Shown: positions 1 through 10,785 of the stretch, piece by piece
How the letters are laid out: each line of letters begins with the position of its first letter
Numbering within the stretch: the first letter of the stretch is position 1
Assembly: GCA_964531475.1 (NCBI GenBank)
Contig: CAZHCS010000002.1
Span: forward strand, 4,548 to 68,547
Source: an uncultured Candidatus Saccharibacteria bacterium
GTDB lineage: Bacteria > Patescibacteriota > Minisyncoccia > Phycocordibacterales > CSBR16-119
DNA: 64,000 nt
Direction of reading: 5' to 3'
Position numbers and translations under genes: made by a program
Notes under the pieces: model-generated
The model's database searches: none
What the model saw: only the letters and a program-made list of their open reading frames with translations
What the model was told of the DNA's origin: nothing

Positions 1-1
1 G

Positions 2-175
2 CGCCACGTCGTCCGTCCCGGCGTGACTGGTTGGGCCCAGGTCAAGTTTAAATACGCCGGGACCGTCCTCGAGTCGTATCAAAAATTTGAATACGACATG
101 TACTACGCCAAAAACCAAAACCTCTTTATGGACGCTGGTATTATTATGAGGACCGTGTTGAAGCTTTTCATCTAG
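2..175 (+). CDS. Sugar transferase (polyprenyl glycosylphosphotransferase), C-terminal fragment
   Basis: Frame 2 reads RHVVRPGVTGWAQV...KFEYDMYYAKNQNLFMDAGIIMRT*, the Bac_transf C-terminal motif; truncated by window edge. Confidence 0.85.
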   Translation, partial: RHVVRPGVTGWAQVKFKYAGTVLESYQKFEYDMYYAKNQNLFMDAGIIMRTVLKLFI

Positions 176-176
176 T

Positions 177-1640
177 ATGATCAGGCGCTTCCAAGATTTT
201 TTATTCAAGAACACGAGCGTCCGCCAGACGATAGTAAAAAATACTTTTTGGCTTGCCGTCGGAACGACTGCCAGTAAAATCATCCGGGCTGTCATGGTCA
301 TCTGGGCCGCACGCATGCTCGGCACAGGAGATTATGGTATCTTCTCCTATGCTCTTGGCCTAGTATCAATTTTTTCCGTATTTGCTGATCTTGGACTATC
401 ACCGCTTCTGACGCGCGAGCTCGCTAAAAAAATACCAGAAGGGCGCGCGTATGCAGCTTCGATCATCGGGACCAAGTTCGCTCTTCTTGCCCTTTCGTTT
501 CTGGCCGTGATTGTATTCGCTCCGTTTGCCTCGGATATTCCTGCTGCCAATCCGCTTCTACCGCTCGTCGCACTACTCGTAACATTCGACGCGCTGCGAA
601 GTTTTGGTAACGCCATAATCAGAAGCGAAAACCGGATGGAGCGCGAAGCCCGTCTTTCTTTTGGAACTGAGATAGCGACAGCGATACTCGGCGTTTTAGT
701 TCTAGTTTTCGCTCCGAGCGTCACAAATCTCGTGCTTGCTTATCTTGTAGGTAGTGGCGCAGGAGCAATAGTCATGTTCATGGGCCTCCGGAATTATTTC
801 CGCGGGCTCTTCGTAAGTATTAGTAGAAAACATGCGCTCGTGGCGCTCCGTGGCGCTCTGCCCTACTCGGCTATCGGAATCCTCGGCGGCCTCATGACCA
901 ACATCGACATATTTTTTCTCGGACGCTTTATGGACGCAAATGCAGTTGGTCTCTACGCAGCCGCCCTACGTCCTGTAATGCTCATATATCTCTTGCCGAC
1001 ATTCCTGACCATCGCTGTATTTCCCCAAATGAACACCTACGTCGCGACGGGAAATAATGGGGCCTTGCGAAGCCTTGTTGAACGCGGCCTCATCGCGGCA
1101 TGCGCGCTCGCAATCCCAATCTCGATCGGAGGTCTTGTAGCTGGTGGAAGCTTCGTCCACAATATCTTCGGCGCCGAGTATGCCGGGGCTACGCTACCAT
1201 TCAAAATCCTCATAATGACAGTAGTGCCTGTGTTTGGGAACATGATCCTAGGACACGTACTATTTTCAAAAGACACACGTAGGGCACCCATAAAAGCATC
1301 TGTTACGGGGCTCGTGGTCAATGTCGTACTTGATCTAATCCTCATCCCGCGATTCGGCCTTGCCGGCTCAGCCATAGCGACACTCATCGCTCAGATATCA
1401 ATGAGTTATATTTTCTACACTGAAACGCGAAAACTTATGCCGCTCTCCGTCGTCGGTGGATTGCCGAGCATAGTTATCTCGAGTATCGTCATGGGCGGCG
1501 CAGTGTATGGACTTCTTCACGCTGGCTGGAACAGTTTGTTTGTCATTGCGTCTGGCGTCATAGTCTACATCTCTATGCTTTTCCTTTTGCGAGACAAACT
1601 ACTTATAGAAGTTCTTCAGACACTAAAAAGTTCGCGGTAG
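177..1640 (+). CDS. Wzx-type oligosaccharide flippase
   Basis: 487 aa, many TM segments, KNT...ARMLG...YG motif, DLGL; polysaccharide locus. Confidence 0.9.
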   Translation: MIRRFQDFLFKNTSVRQTIVKNTFWLAVGTTASKIIRAVMVIWAARMLGTGDYGIFSYALGLVSIFSVFADLGLSPLLTRELAKKIPEGRAYAASIIGTKFALLALSFLAVIVFAPFASDIPAANPLLPLVALLVTFDALRSFGNAIIRSENRMEREARLSFGTEIATAILGVLVLVFAPSVTNLVLAYLVGSGAGAIVMFMGLRNYFRGLFVSISRKHALVALRGALPYSAIGILGGLMTNIDIFFLGRFMDANAVGLYAAALRPVMLIYLLPTFLTIAVFPQMNTYVATGNNGALRSLVERGLIAACALAIPISIGGLVAGGSFVHNIFGAEYAGATLPFKILIMTVVPVFGNMILGHVLFSKDTRRAPIKASVTGLVVNVVLDLILIPRFGLAGSAIATLIAQISMSYIFYTETRKLMPLSVVGGLPSIVISSIVMGGAVYGLLHAGWNSLFVIASGVIVYISMLFLLRDKLLIEVLQTLKSSR

Positions 1641-2689
1641 ACATCTTCTGTCTTTTTCAAAAAAAGTTCGAGCGTGAATTCCCGTTCGTAACGCGCTCGC
1701 GCGGCGGCGCCACAGCGCCGCCGCGCTTGTTCGTTTGAAATGCTTTTCAGTGCATTCGCAATCTCGCCGATGTTATTTTCGACAAGGATTCCGCAATCAG
1801 GATTGACTTCTTCCGGGACGCCGCCGACGCGCGATGCGATAATTGGCAGCCCAGCAGCCATGGCCTCCAGGATCGTCATGGGCAAGCCCTCGTGCTTTGA
1901 GATGAGAATAAATGCGCAAGACTTCGCAAGTTCTCTTCGCACTTCGTCCGACTCGAGACTGCCAAGGAGCGTGACCCGTGAGCCAAGATCGAGTCGTTTA
2001 ATTTCCTGTTCTATCTTTTCTCTGTCAGGCCCATCACCAATGATTTCGATAGTCATCGTAACGCCAGACGCTTTGTAGGCCTGGAGCAAGAGTACAAATT
2101 CTTTCGGATACGCCAAACGTCCAACGGAAATTATTTTTTCTTCACAAATGGTTTCGATTTTTGCATCAGCAACACCATTATGAATGACGACGAGTTTTTC
2201 TGCAGGCGCAATCTTGTAACGAAGCGCAAGTCCTCTGTCGTATTCGGAAACGCAGATGATCTTGCTCGTCCATTTCGCGGCAATACGCTCGGCAATCGGT
2301 GCGATGATTTTTCTCGTCCATTTCGCACCGTCAGTGAAGGCAAAACTGTGCGCAGTAAAAATTGTCGGGATGCTTCCACGAATGACGAAGCGCGCCAAGA
2401 ATCCAGCGAATGAGCTGTGAGCGTGGACTAGGTCTGGCTGGAAATCAAACAAAGTCTTTCGAAGAATGGTGTTCGCCTTTAGTAAACGAAGCGGATTGAA
2501 CGAGTTGCCGAAATATTGGTTCGGATAAAAACGGATGCCGAGCTTGGTCGCCTCGTTTTCGAGCCAGCCGTCGGGGGCCGCCATAATGGCGACGGCATTG
2601 CCCATAGTTTTCATGTGCGCCGCCAAGTCTCGCACATGCGTCTGCGCCCCGCCGATTTCAGATTTGGTTATGACGTAAAGGATTTTCAT
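1616..2689 (-). CDS. Glycosyltransferase family 4
   Basis: MKILYVIT..GGAQTHV; EGLPMTILEAMAAGLP. Confidence 0.92.
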   Translation of the reverse strand: MKILYVITKSEIGGAQTHVRDLAAHMKTMGNAVAIMAAPDGWLENEATKLGIRFYPNQYFGNSFNPLRLLKANTILRKTLFDFQPDLVHAHSSFAGFLARFVIRGSIPTIFTAHSFAFTDGAKWTRKIIAPIAERIAAKWTSKIICVSEYDRGLALRYKIAPAEKLVVIHNGVADAKIETICEEKIISVGRLAYPKEFVLLLQAYKASGVTMTIEIIGDGPDREKIEQEIKRLDLGSRVTLLGSLESDEVRRELAKSCAFILISKHEGLPMTILEAMAAGLPIIASRVGGVPEEVNPDCGILVENNIGEIANALKSISNEQARRRCGAAARARYEREFTLELFLKKTEDVYRELFSV

Positions 2690-3468
2690 TTGTAGAAATC
2701 TTTAAGCTTCCTTGAAAAAACAATACTCGCAATCGGACGCAATAAATAAACGATCGCAAATGGTGAATACTGTCCACGCTTAATAGCATTCCAGCGAGCT
2801 CGCAAGGCACATAATGCCTGTTTATTATTTTTATTAGCCGTAATCGAAACATTCGACATGCGATAGTACAAGAGAAATTCTGGCAGATTGCAGAGCTTGT
2901 TCGCCACAGCGATTCGAAGCCACAAATCATAATCTTGGGCGTATTGAAAACTTTCATCATAACCGCCAACCTTATCAATAACGCTCCTGCGCATCATCGC
3001 AAGCGGATGAATAATATTGTTCCATTTGATTAGATTCTTTTTGACTATCCTGGCGTCGGTTTCCCAGTCGAACCGGTCAACTTCAACACCGCTATCGTCA
3101 ACCACTTTCGCCCACGTTCCGACGACTCCAATATCGGCATGCTCATCAAGAAACTTCACCTGCTTCTCAAACCGCTCCGGCATCGCGACATCGTCCGCGT
3201 CCATACGCGCAATATATTCGCCGCGCGCGACCCGCAGGCCAATGTTCAGTGATTTCGTGAGCCCTACATTGTGTGCGTTCGTGATAATTTTCACTCGCGG
3301 GTCCTTGTAAGAAAACGCCTTTAACATATCTGCCGTCTTATCGGCAGATCCGTCGTCAATGATGATGAATTCAAAATCAGTAAATGTTTGCACCAAAATA
3401 CTCTCGACCGCTTCCCGAAGGAAACGCTCGCCATTTTTGACCGCCATAATAACCGAGACTTTCGGCAT
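2686..3468 (-). CDS. Glycosyltransferase family 2
   Basis: KVSVIM...IIDDGSAD...YIARMDADD. Confidence 0.92.
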   Translation of the reverse strand: MPKVSVIMAVKNGERFLREAVESILVQTFTDFEFIIIDDGSADKTADMLKAFSYKDPRVKIITNAHNVGLTKSLNIGLRVARGEYIARMDADDVAMPERFEKQVKFLDEHADIGVVGTWAKVVDDSGVEVDRFDWETDARIVKKNLIKWNNIIHPLAMMRRSVIDKVGGYDESFQYAQDYDLWLRIAVANKLCNLPEFLLYYRMSNVSITANKNNKQALCALRARWNAIKRGQYSPFAIVYLLRPIASIVFSRKLKDFYK

Positions 3469-3498
3469 AATGGCCCCATCATATCATCCTAAGGAAAA

Positions 3499-3522
3499 AG
3501 CCGGAACCCGTAGGTTCCGGCT
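3499..3522 (-). terminator. Intrinsic terminator after orphan gene 3546-3959
   Basis: agccggaacc-cgta-ggttccggct stem with adjacent A run (U tail on minus strand). Confidence 0.65.
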
Positions 3523-3545
3523 GTCTTCTTGTGGTCCCAGAGAAC

Positions 3546-3959
3546 TTATCTCTTGGGACTAAAGGCAAGGTTGTCGTCCATGAAGCATAGACCTTTGACT
3601 CTGATGGTCATATGATCCCCCGAATTACCCCAGTCTGGTTCGGTCGGATTAAAACCCTTAGAGCGTAGGAACTCCACCACTTTCACGCCGAGCTCTCTAG
3701 GCCTCTCAACATAGAAGGTCCGGCCACCAATGCCACGATGACCGTCGGCGATCCAGCAACCATGCTTCGATGTTTCGATATTCAATTCATTCCTGTGATC
3801 GAATCTTCGGAAAAGCCGTCTCATGGCCTTATCACTTGTCGTACAAAATACCCTTCGAGAACGGATGTATCCCCGAATGAACAGGAACGCGAAGAAAAGG
3901 AGCAATCCAAGGGCAAAAAATCCACTCAATGAGTGATCACAGTTGCAGCTACTTTGCAT
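3546..3959 (-). CDS. Orphan single-TM hypothetical protein inserted in polysaccharide locus
   Basis: 137 aa ORF with N-terminal TM, own TTGACT promoter-like site (about 4008-4013) and terminator. Confidence 0.6.
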   Translation of the reverse strand: MQSSCNCDHSLSGFFALGLLLFFAFLFIRGYIRSRRVFCTTSDKAMRRLFRRFDHRNELNIETSKHGCWIADGHRGIGGRTFYVERPRELGVKVVEFLRSKGFNPTEPDWGNSGDHMTIRVKGLCFMDDNLAFSPKR

Positions 3960-4028
3960 GGTGCGTTAGTTTTGTTTCTATGATTACTTTACACAGAAAA
4001 TGAGAAAAGTCAATAGCTTCCTTAGCCA

Positions 4029-4634
4029 CTACGAATCTAGGCTCCTTCTCCACCACTCTTTTCCAAAAGCCGCGAGGAGAGCGAAGATCCCGCCAACGAA
4101 TGCGGCAAAGACGAGGATGAGAACAGGTTTATCGTTAAGTGGTTTAACGCCTATAGTTGGCTCTTTGGCAATGCTTGTCAAAACAAAGCCAGATACGTCG
4201 TTAGTTCCGCGGGCTTCGGCAAGCTCTAAGTGATCAGCAACTACAAAAATTCCTACTTCGCGCAATACCGGCAAAGCTTCCTCGGGGCGAGACGAATGAA
4301 TATACACCCGGACCAAATTGGTGTTATCTGGGTTGACGGCCTTAATCCCCAAAACTTTTGACGCTGGGATTCCTAGTTTTTCTTTTACTAACTCATCGTA
4401 ACTTCCAGAAGAGATCTTTTCGGTAAGCTGATGAGCGTTCTCTATAGGAACGAGAGCACCTTCAAAACCTGGATACGTACCTATTTCTATGAGAGTATCG
4501 ACAACGTATGACTTTGGGGCCAAGAAAGCGAAAACAGTCCCTACCACCAAAGCTATCATGACGAAAAAGGCAATGAGGCCCTTTCGTCTTAATATAACTT
4601 TTGCAAAATCTAGGTTCTGTTCTTGGTTGTTCAT
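4029..4634 (-). CDS. Wzz/chain-length determinant-like protein
   Basis: N- and C-terminal TM, PKSY motif, Pro-rich segment before last TM. Confidence 0.75.
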   Translation of the reverse strand: MNNQEQNLDFAKVILRRKGLIAFFVMIALVVGTVFAFLAPKSYVVDTLIEIGTYPGFEGALVPIENAHQLTEKISSGSYDELVKEKLGIPASKVLGIKAVNPDNTNLVRVYIHSSRPEEALPVLREVGIFVVADHLELAEARGTNDVSGFVLTSIAKEPTIGVKPLNDKPVLILVFAAFVGGIFALLAAFGKEWWRRSLDS

Positions 4635-4643
4635 AAGCGAAGG

Positions 4644-5990
4644 CTATTCTACCAGGGATTGCTTTCTTGACACAACCCACACTTGCATGGCCGCAAAAGA
4701 AACACCTATTATTATCCAATTAAAGGTGTCACCGAAAAACGGATTGTTGTTGTGGAACATGGCATTAACAATGTACGCGACAAAACTACCTACAAGCCCT
4801 GTCGCAATCATGCCAAGATTACCCATATCCTCTGATAACCGAAATAGGCCCCTAAACAAAACAAAGTAGGCAAAAATTCCAAGAACAAGCGCAGGTATTC
4901 CCAGTATGGCAGCAATATTAAGCACTATGTTATGAGGAAAATGTCTTGTGACTATACTCGCTCCAAAATAACCAGCGACGTCAGCGTAGCTTTCTCGAAC
5001 ATAATTCGGATAATTATAACCAACGCCAAGTGGATGACTTGTGATTACATTTACAGCAGAAAGGGCGATTGGAATACGTTCGAGAGATGGTGTCCCTATC
5101 GAAAACACCTCGGAGCGAATTTTTGGATGAGTAGTCATAACCGCAAACACAATACATACGAAGATGAGTGCGGGTATTGGGGCCCAAGGTTTTAGTCTGC
5201 CAGAACGGTATGCCATGACAAAAACCAAAACGGCTCCAAAGAAGGCGCCGCCTATGGCCGATTTAACGAACGTAAGAACGAGAGCAAGAGATATTATGAC
5301 CATCACGCCAAATGAAATCGCGCGACGAGTCAATGTTTTTTTCATAAAGAAAAAAGCTAGAGCAACTGGCACCAACGACCCAAGCTGATACGAAAGAGGT
5401 ATTACGTAAGAACTCAAACCAGAAATGCGGATGCGATCAATTATCTGATACGCGATCGGCCCAGGCACCCCCAATACTTCTCGTGCTTTCCAGAAAAATC
5501 CTTCGGGAAAAAAGTATTGCATGATTCCGAAAAAAGCCGTAACAACGGCAAAAAATACCATGACTCGCAGTGCCCGAACAATACTTTGTTCATCCCTAAG
5601 AATAAATACCGCCAACGGCACGAGCATTCCCGGAACAAAAAGGCGCTTGCCTATCCACTCAACCCAATAGCGAAATTCTTCACCCGCAAGAGCCCCACGT
5701 ATCAAAACCCAAGAGATGAAAACAAGAACGATCAGCAAAAAAGAGAGCGTCTCTCTAGAAAGAGTAAATGATTTACCTGACGCCAATCCGTGGATTATCG
5801 ACCCTAAGGCCACAAGCGCGATCATACCGCCCTTCAAAAGCGCCGTTTCTTCGAAGCCAAGACCGATGATTGGAATTAGAAGATAGAAGCCAATACGCGG
5901 ATCCTTGAGTGTCGCAAAGAAAGCGACAAAAGCATAAACCGCCACGACTATCGTGAGTATCGAGGATATTCCTGTCGTGACAGCCAGCAT
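4644..5990 (-). CDS. O-antigen ligase/polymerase (Wzy_C) family
   Basis: Multi-TM; R-ISG, HPLGVG, HFPHN motifs. Confidence 0.8.
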   Translation of the reverse strand: MLAVTTGISSILTIVVAVYAFVAFFATLKDPRIGFYLLIPIIGLGFEETALLKGGMIALVALGSIIHGLASGKSFTLSRETLSFLLIVLVFISWVLIRGALAGEEFRYWVEWIGKRLFVPGMLVPLAVFILRDEQSIVRALRVMVFFAVVTAFFGIMQYFFPEGFFWKAREVLGVPGPIAYQIIDRIRISGLSSYVIPLSYQLGSLVPVALAFFFMKKTLTRRAISFGVMVIISLALVLTFVKSAIGGAFFGAVLVFVMAYRSGRLKPWAPIPALIFVCIVFAVMTTHPKIRSEVFSIGTPSLERIPIALSAVNVITSHPLGVGYNYPNYVRESYADVAGYFGASIVTRHFPHNIVLNIAAILGIPALVLGIFAYFVLFRGLFRLSEDMGNLGMIATGLVGSFVAYIVNAMFHNNNPFFGDTFNWIIIGVSFAAMQVWVVSRKQSLVE

Positions 5991-5996
5991 GAGGGA

Positions 5997-6947
5997 CTAG
6001 ACGAGCTCGAAGAATGTCTCCCAGTATCCGACTTCGAGTTTAGGATGCGCCAGCTGCGCGCCCATACTAGTGACACAGAGGTCAGAACCGCGCCAGAAAC
6101 TTTTCCTGATCTCGTATCCGTGATTACGGAGGAATTCCACTATTTCTCTAGCAGACGAGCCTTTCTTGTGAAGAAGCTCGGAATGAATCTCGATGAAGAA
6201 ATATTTTGGACGATTACCCTCGGCTAACGCTTTTTCTGATCCCTTCAATATTTCTTTCTCGTATCCTTCGACATCCATGCGGATAAAGTCGACTTTCTTG
6301 AACTTCAAGAAATCATCAAGGGTCATGATCTCAACTTCCACCTCTTCATATTTCATGCCCATGTCCTCGCGCTTCAAAAAGCTCGAGAGGTTGCCGCGAT
6401 CGTAAACATAGAACTTTGCTTTGTCGCGCTTTTCGCCAAATGCTGCTTGGTGAATATCGGCGTTTCTAATACCGTTCAATTCTAAATTTTTCTTAAGAGC
6501 AGCAAAATTATGTGGTGCCGGCTCGATTGCATACAAGTGTCCAGAAGGACCGGCGAGCTTGGTCTCGATGAGCGCATAATAACCGATATTGGCGCCAACT
6601 TCGAGAATCTTCATACCAGGAGTTATAACGGTTTTAACCTCCGCAGTCGAGTTCTTCTCGTGGACACCATAAAGAGCCAACTCGCGAGAAATACCAAGAT
6701 CATTCAGATCGAGAATCATGCGCGACCCCTGGACCTTTTTCATAATCTTGCCGTCTTTGAAGAAAATATAGAGGAATTTAAGCGGAATATATTCTCTAAA
6801 AAATCGATAAATTATTCTACCGATAACCGCAAACGTCTTTGCTGCAAACGCGATAGGGCCATGTTCTTTTAAAACACGCACTCCTTTTATAAAAAGGTTT
6901 TCATTCGTCTTTAATACTGTGTTTTTGAGATTAGATAGTCGTTTCAT
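5997..6947 (-). CDS. FkbM family methyltransferase
   Basis: EVGANIGYY, IEP, MDVEGYE. Confidence 0.9.
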   Translation of the reverse strand: MKRLSNLKNTVLKTNENLFIKGVRVLKEHGPIAFAAKTFAVIGRIIYRFFREYIPLKFLYIFFKDGKIMKKVQGSRMILDLNDLGISRELALYGVHEKNSTAEVKTVITPGMKILEVGANIGYYALIETKLAGPSGHLYAIEPAPHNFAALKKNLELNGIRNADIHQAAFGEKRDKAKFYVYDRGNLSSFLKREDMGMKYEEVEVEIMTLDDFLKFKKVDFIRMDVEGYEKEILKGSEKALAEGNRPKYFFIEIHSELLHKKGSSAREIVEFLRNHGYEIRKSFWRGSDLCVTSMGAQLAHPKLEVGYWETFFELV

Positions 6948-8125
6948 ATGTGTATTCCTTTAGCGCTCATTATTTTTCGTAAAGCCTGTGTGAACGTATT
7001 GGTAAAATTCTCTTGCGTATACTTTTCTGATTCGGCATACGTTGCAAGACTTCGTCTAATAAATTCCTCACGCGGCGTCTCCGAAATCGATTTTACTTTT
7101 TCGATTAGGTATCGCATGTCTACTGATTCCAACATATGCCCGAAATCGCCGACATCAACTCCGTCTTCGATTGTGACAACTGGAACCAGTCCCCGACGCA
7201 TACAGGTTGTGACCGAGGTTGCACAGCCTTCCGAAGATGACGGTAGTATAACATACCCGGATTCGCTGGAAATATCCCGGAAAGTATCGCCCTTAACGTC
7301 CATAAATCCTATAAAATTTATATTAGGAGAAGAGTCTAGCATTGGCTTCATTATCTTGTTAAAGTCCTCTTCTCCGGTAGGGCCTCCAATATAGAGCGTA
7401 AGTTCTGGAAGATTATGGAATACTTCTATAGTAAGAGGTAGGCCCTTCATTATATTACCATTGCCACCGAAATATAGAAATTTCTTCTGATCTTTTTGTC
7501 GGATCTCTTCTTCTGTAGTCGATAACCCCGGATAGCTGGACAACCATATACGCTCTATCTGCTTGCCGAATTTTTTGTAGCCCTCTATTCCCCAATCATT
7601 ACAACAAGTCATAACCGCGTCGGCATACTTCATGAATCGTTCAATGTCGATATCATGAATCATGCGTCGATAGACAATTTCATTTCCAGGAAATCGTTCC
7701 AAGAATTCATCATGACGTTTCGCGGTAATTCGATTAGATAATTCCGGCTCCGGCCCCATGGCAAATAGTATTTTAACCGCCTTTGGCACTCGTTCACATA
7801 TGTCTGCAAAATATTTACCAGAATCACCTACGCCAAGACCGATGAATATATCGTATTCGTCTTTCAATTTTTTAACGTCCTGCATCTCTGCGGTGCGGTC
7901 GATTATATCGACGATAAAGCCAAGCTCGTTCAGTATACGCGCCATCTGGAAGCTTTCCCAATTATTAGGGTGCGACAAGTCACTCATCATACCGCGCAAG
8001 AAAAATTCTTCAGTCTTGTAGTATAGCAACGCACGGCCACGTTTCTCTGAGAGAAATCGATCAAAACCGCGGACAAATTTTCGGCGAGCTATCTTGTAGA
8101 GAATTCGCTTGAATAGTTTATTCAT
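6944..8125 (-). CDS. Glycosyltransferase (GT-B/GT4-like)
   Basis: KG motif, LPSSSEGCATSV. Confidence 0.75.
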   Translation of the reverse strand: MNKLFKRILYKIARRKFVRGFDRFLSEKRGRALLYYKTEEFFLRGMMSDLSHPNNWESFQMARILNELGFIVDIIDRTAEMQDVKKLKDEYDIFIGLGVGDSGKYFADICERVPKAVKILFAMGPEPELSNRITAKRHDEFLERFPGNEIVYRRMIHDIDIERFMKYADAVMTCCNDWGIEGYKKFGKQIERIWLSSYPGLSTTEEEIRQKDQKKFLYFGGNGNIMKGLPLTIEVFHNLPELTLYIGGPTGEEDFNKIMKPMLDSSPNINFIGFMDVKGDTFRDISSESGYVILPSSSEGCATSVTTCMRRGLVPVVTIEDGVDVGDFGHMLESVDMRYLIEKVKSISETPREEFIRRSLATYAESEKYTQENFTNTFTQALRKIMSAKGIHI

Positions 8126-9036
8126 TAGCCGTAAATTAATTTTGAGAGCTCGGCGTCGTTATACCTCTCTGCATTCTTGGTCGAATATGCTTCAGGCGGA
8201 TTAGTGTTGGCCGTACCAGAGCGAACTACATAATAATCACCTTCGTCAAAAGTAAAATATCGCTCGCTTTCACCTATCAAGTCTTCATCTATTTTTTCTC
8301 CAGGAGATATACCAACTATATCGAATGAATCTCTTTTGAATATTGTACGAAGAATGTCATAGATACCGGCAGCCTTCATCTTTGGGATAAATATTTCTCC
8401 GCCTTCAGCTTTTTCAATAGCGTCGGTCACCACTTTTACAGCATCTGTCAGCTTGAAAAAGTATCGGCGCATGTCTGCATGATGAAGCTTCACTTCAATG
8501 TCAGGATGCTCTTTCCAGAACGTGATGAGAGAACCATGAGAGTCGATAATATTACCAAAACGTGTGCATGCGAACGTTGTGTCTGAATTGTGGTCAGCCT
8601 CGATGAACAATTTCTCCATGATATATTTCGTCATGCCGTATGCGTTTGAAGGAGAGGCTGCTTTGTCAGTCGAAATACCGATAGCTGTTTTAACAGAAGG
8701 CGTAGCGATCACTGCTTCGATAAAAGATTTCGAGCCGATGATATTGTTGAGGTATCCTTGGGTTGGCTGCTCTTCAACCATAATAAGATCCTTCATAGCC
8801 GCGGCATGAATAGCTATATCACAACCTCGAAGCGCGTACTTAAGAGTCTCTATATCACGCACATCTCCGATCCGAAATGTGAGGTTCGGATTATTAAACT
8901 CCTTCTTCATCTCATACTGCCTCTCTTCGTTCCTACTATAGATCACGACCTGATTATCGCGGCCAAGCTCTTGGACGAGCGCCTTGCCAAGAGACCCTGT
9001 ACCGCCGGTCACAAGTATTTTCTTGTTCTTGATCAT
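8125..9036 (-). CDS. UDP-sugar 4,6-dehydratase/epimerase (PseB/CapD-like)
   Basis: ILVTGGTGSLG, HAAAMK, STDKA, YGMTK, RFGN, PGEK. Confidence 0.88.
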   Translation of the reverse strand: MIKNKKILVTGGTGSLGKALVQELGRDNQVVIYSRNEERQYEMKKEFNNPNLTFRIGDVRDIETLKYALRGCDIAIHAAAMKDLIMVEEQPTQGYLNNIIGSKSFIEAVIATPSVKTAIGISTDKAASPSNAYGMTKYIMEKLFIEADHNSDTTFACTRFGNIIDSHGSLITFWKEHPDIEVKLHHADMRRYFFKLTDAVKVVTDAIEKAEGGEIFIPKMKAAGIYDILRTIFKRDSFDIVGISPGEKIDEDLIGESERYFTFDEGDYYVVRSGTANTNPPEAYSTKNAERYNDAELSKLIYG

Positions 9037-9046
9037 GGAGAATTAT

Positions 9047-10069
9047 TTAATGATAAAGCTCCCCTATCTTACTAATTTCGGGAGTTTTCGCAACAAAATC
9101 ACGGATTATAACTACCCCTTCATCTTTTGGAAGAAGCGTCCCAAGCCCATCACAAACACCAAAAATACGGGTTGGCAAATCGACGTCATCTACCAATATG
9201 TCGCCACGAGCCCCAAGGGTGCCAGGTGTTATGAGTGAAAAATCTTGAAAAGTTCTCACTCTTGGCTTATTCAAAATATTCCTCTGGAACAAAAAATTCT
9301 CGACCATGCCGGTATAGCCACCGAGACTCGAAAGCGAGAGGATTTCAATACCGCGAGCACGAGCAGCCGCAAGCGTTTCCGGCATAACAGTCCGGTTCCC
9401 GGCGTCGATGATCTTGCCGCCGGCCTTCATCATCTTCGCAATATCCAGGTTAATCACTGGAATTCCCGGCGTTGCTCCAATGACAATGTCAGCATCGTGC
9501 GCACCAGCTTCGAATGTCTCGACGGCGAAAATCGAGCCCTTGCCCCGTTTTATCAGATTTAGTCCTTCAATAATTTTCTGAGTTTTCACAAAATCCTTGT
9601 CAAAAAGAAATACGCCTGCGCCACGCTCGCAGAGTTTGAGTGTTATTTTCGAACCAATGTTCCCGGCGCCGACAACAAAGACTTTTTTTCCGGCAAGAGA
9701 CCCTGTAAGGAGCGCCACGAACATGTCGAGCGAGTCGACCGTGAAATCATTTGGCTTGTAAACGAGCCATTTACTTTTCTTGATCTTTGAAAGTAGAACG
9801 GCCTCGAGATTGTCCGCTTCGTTTTTTATTTCCGAATCGATAAAGAAATAATCGGCGACACCGTCAAACGCGCTTACGATATCATCAACGCACGAAACGT
9901 CCCGTAGGATGATTGTGATCGCGATAGTCGAATTGGTCTCTCGGACGGAGCCAAAGATTATAGGTGGGTTATTGATGTCGGCTGTCGTTGCCACACCGAC
10001 AATCTTTTCCTTGGGCGAGACCGCCAGGATATTCTTTAACTCTTCGAGTTTTGGTCGTATGTTTTCCAT
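9047..10069 (-). CDS. NAD(P)-binding Rossmann-domain protein
   Basis: VVGAGNIG motif; function unknown. Confidence 0.6.
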   Translation of the reverse strand: MENIRPKLEELKNILAVSPKEKIVGVATTADINNPPIIFGSVRETNSTIAITIILRDVSCVDDIVSAFDGVADYFFIDSEIKNEADNLEAVLLSKIKKSKWLVYKPNDFTVDSLDMFVALLTGSLAGKKVFVVGAGNIGSKITLKLCERGAGVFLFDKDFVKTQKIIEGLNLIKRGKGSIFAVETFEAGAHDADIVIGATPGIPVINLDIAKMMKAGGKIIDAGNRTVMPETLAAARARGIEILSLSSLGGYTGMVENFLFQRNILNKPRVRTFQDFSLITPGTLGARGDILVDDVDLPTRIFGVCDGLGTLLPKDEGVVIIRDFVAKTPEISKIGELYH

Positions 10070-10070
10070 A

Positions 10071-10781
10071 TCAGACTATTTTATCCCAATTCCCTTTCAA
10101 AATATGCCGAAGACTCTCTGGGCCATGGTTCATATACAAATCGAGCGCAGATAAATATGCAGCGAATTCTTTGCTCTTATGTTGCAAATATTCTGGATGC
10201 TTGAATTCTTGGAAGATTACCTTGATCCCGGCCTCATCATACATGTGGGTTTTCAAATACGCCTTTGCGCCACTACCTGAAAGATATGTCTTTGCGCCGA
10301 GAACTTTGCATATTTCAAGCGTCACTTCTGTGCCGCCTTTGGTCGTACCTGAAAGGGGTAGGTCAGAAGCGCGAACGATCTTTGTGTCGATACCAAGTTT
10401 TTCTTTCAAGAAAAGTATTAGGTCGATATTAAAATCAGCGAGCCGCTCGTGTTTTTTTGCGTAATGATTTTCAAGAAAATGGAGAACGTCTTTGGCGTGC
10501 GGATGCTTGCCATAATTCTGCTTGAGGGTCGGTAGGTGTTTCTTGATATCAGGACTTTCCCAGTTAATCCGGACCTCGTGAATCTTGGCATTAGATGAGA
10601 GACCCGCAAGCGGCAGAGTTATCCACGTCGGTTTTCCCGAAACGAGTAATTTGTTCCTGTTCTGTACGCCGTTCTTTTCGAACTGAACAGTATCAAGAAT
10701 AACGAAGACGTCAGCAAGATGCATCTTATGGAAAAAGCCGAGCCACGGAAAGGCTTCGGGTTGATGGATAGCGACGATCAT
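10071..10781 (-). CDS. WbqC-like family protein
   Basis: AIHQP..FPWLGFFHK, QNRN, YLSG.GA..Y, SALD. Confidence 0.9.
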   Translation of the reverse strand: MIVAIHQPEAFPWLGFFHKMHLADVFVILDTVQFEKNGVQNRNKLLVSGKPTWITLPLAGLSSNAKIHEVRINWESPDIKKHLPTLKQNYGKHPHAKDVLHFLENHYAKKHERLADFNIDLILFLKEKLGIDTKIVRASDLPLSGTTKGGTEVTLEICKVLGAKTYLSGSGAKAYLKTHMYDEAGIKVIFQEFKHPEYLQHKSKEFAAYLSALDLYMNHGPESLRHILKGNWDKIV

Positions 10782-10785
10782 GTCT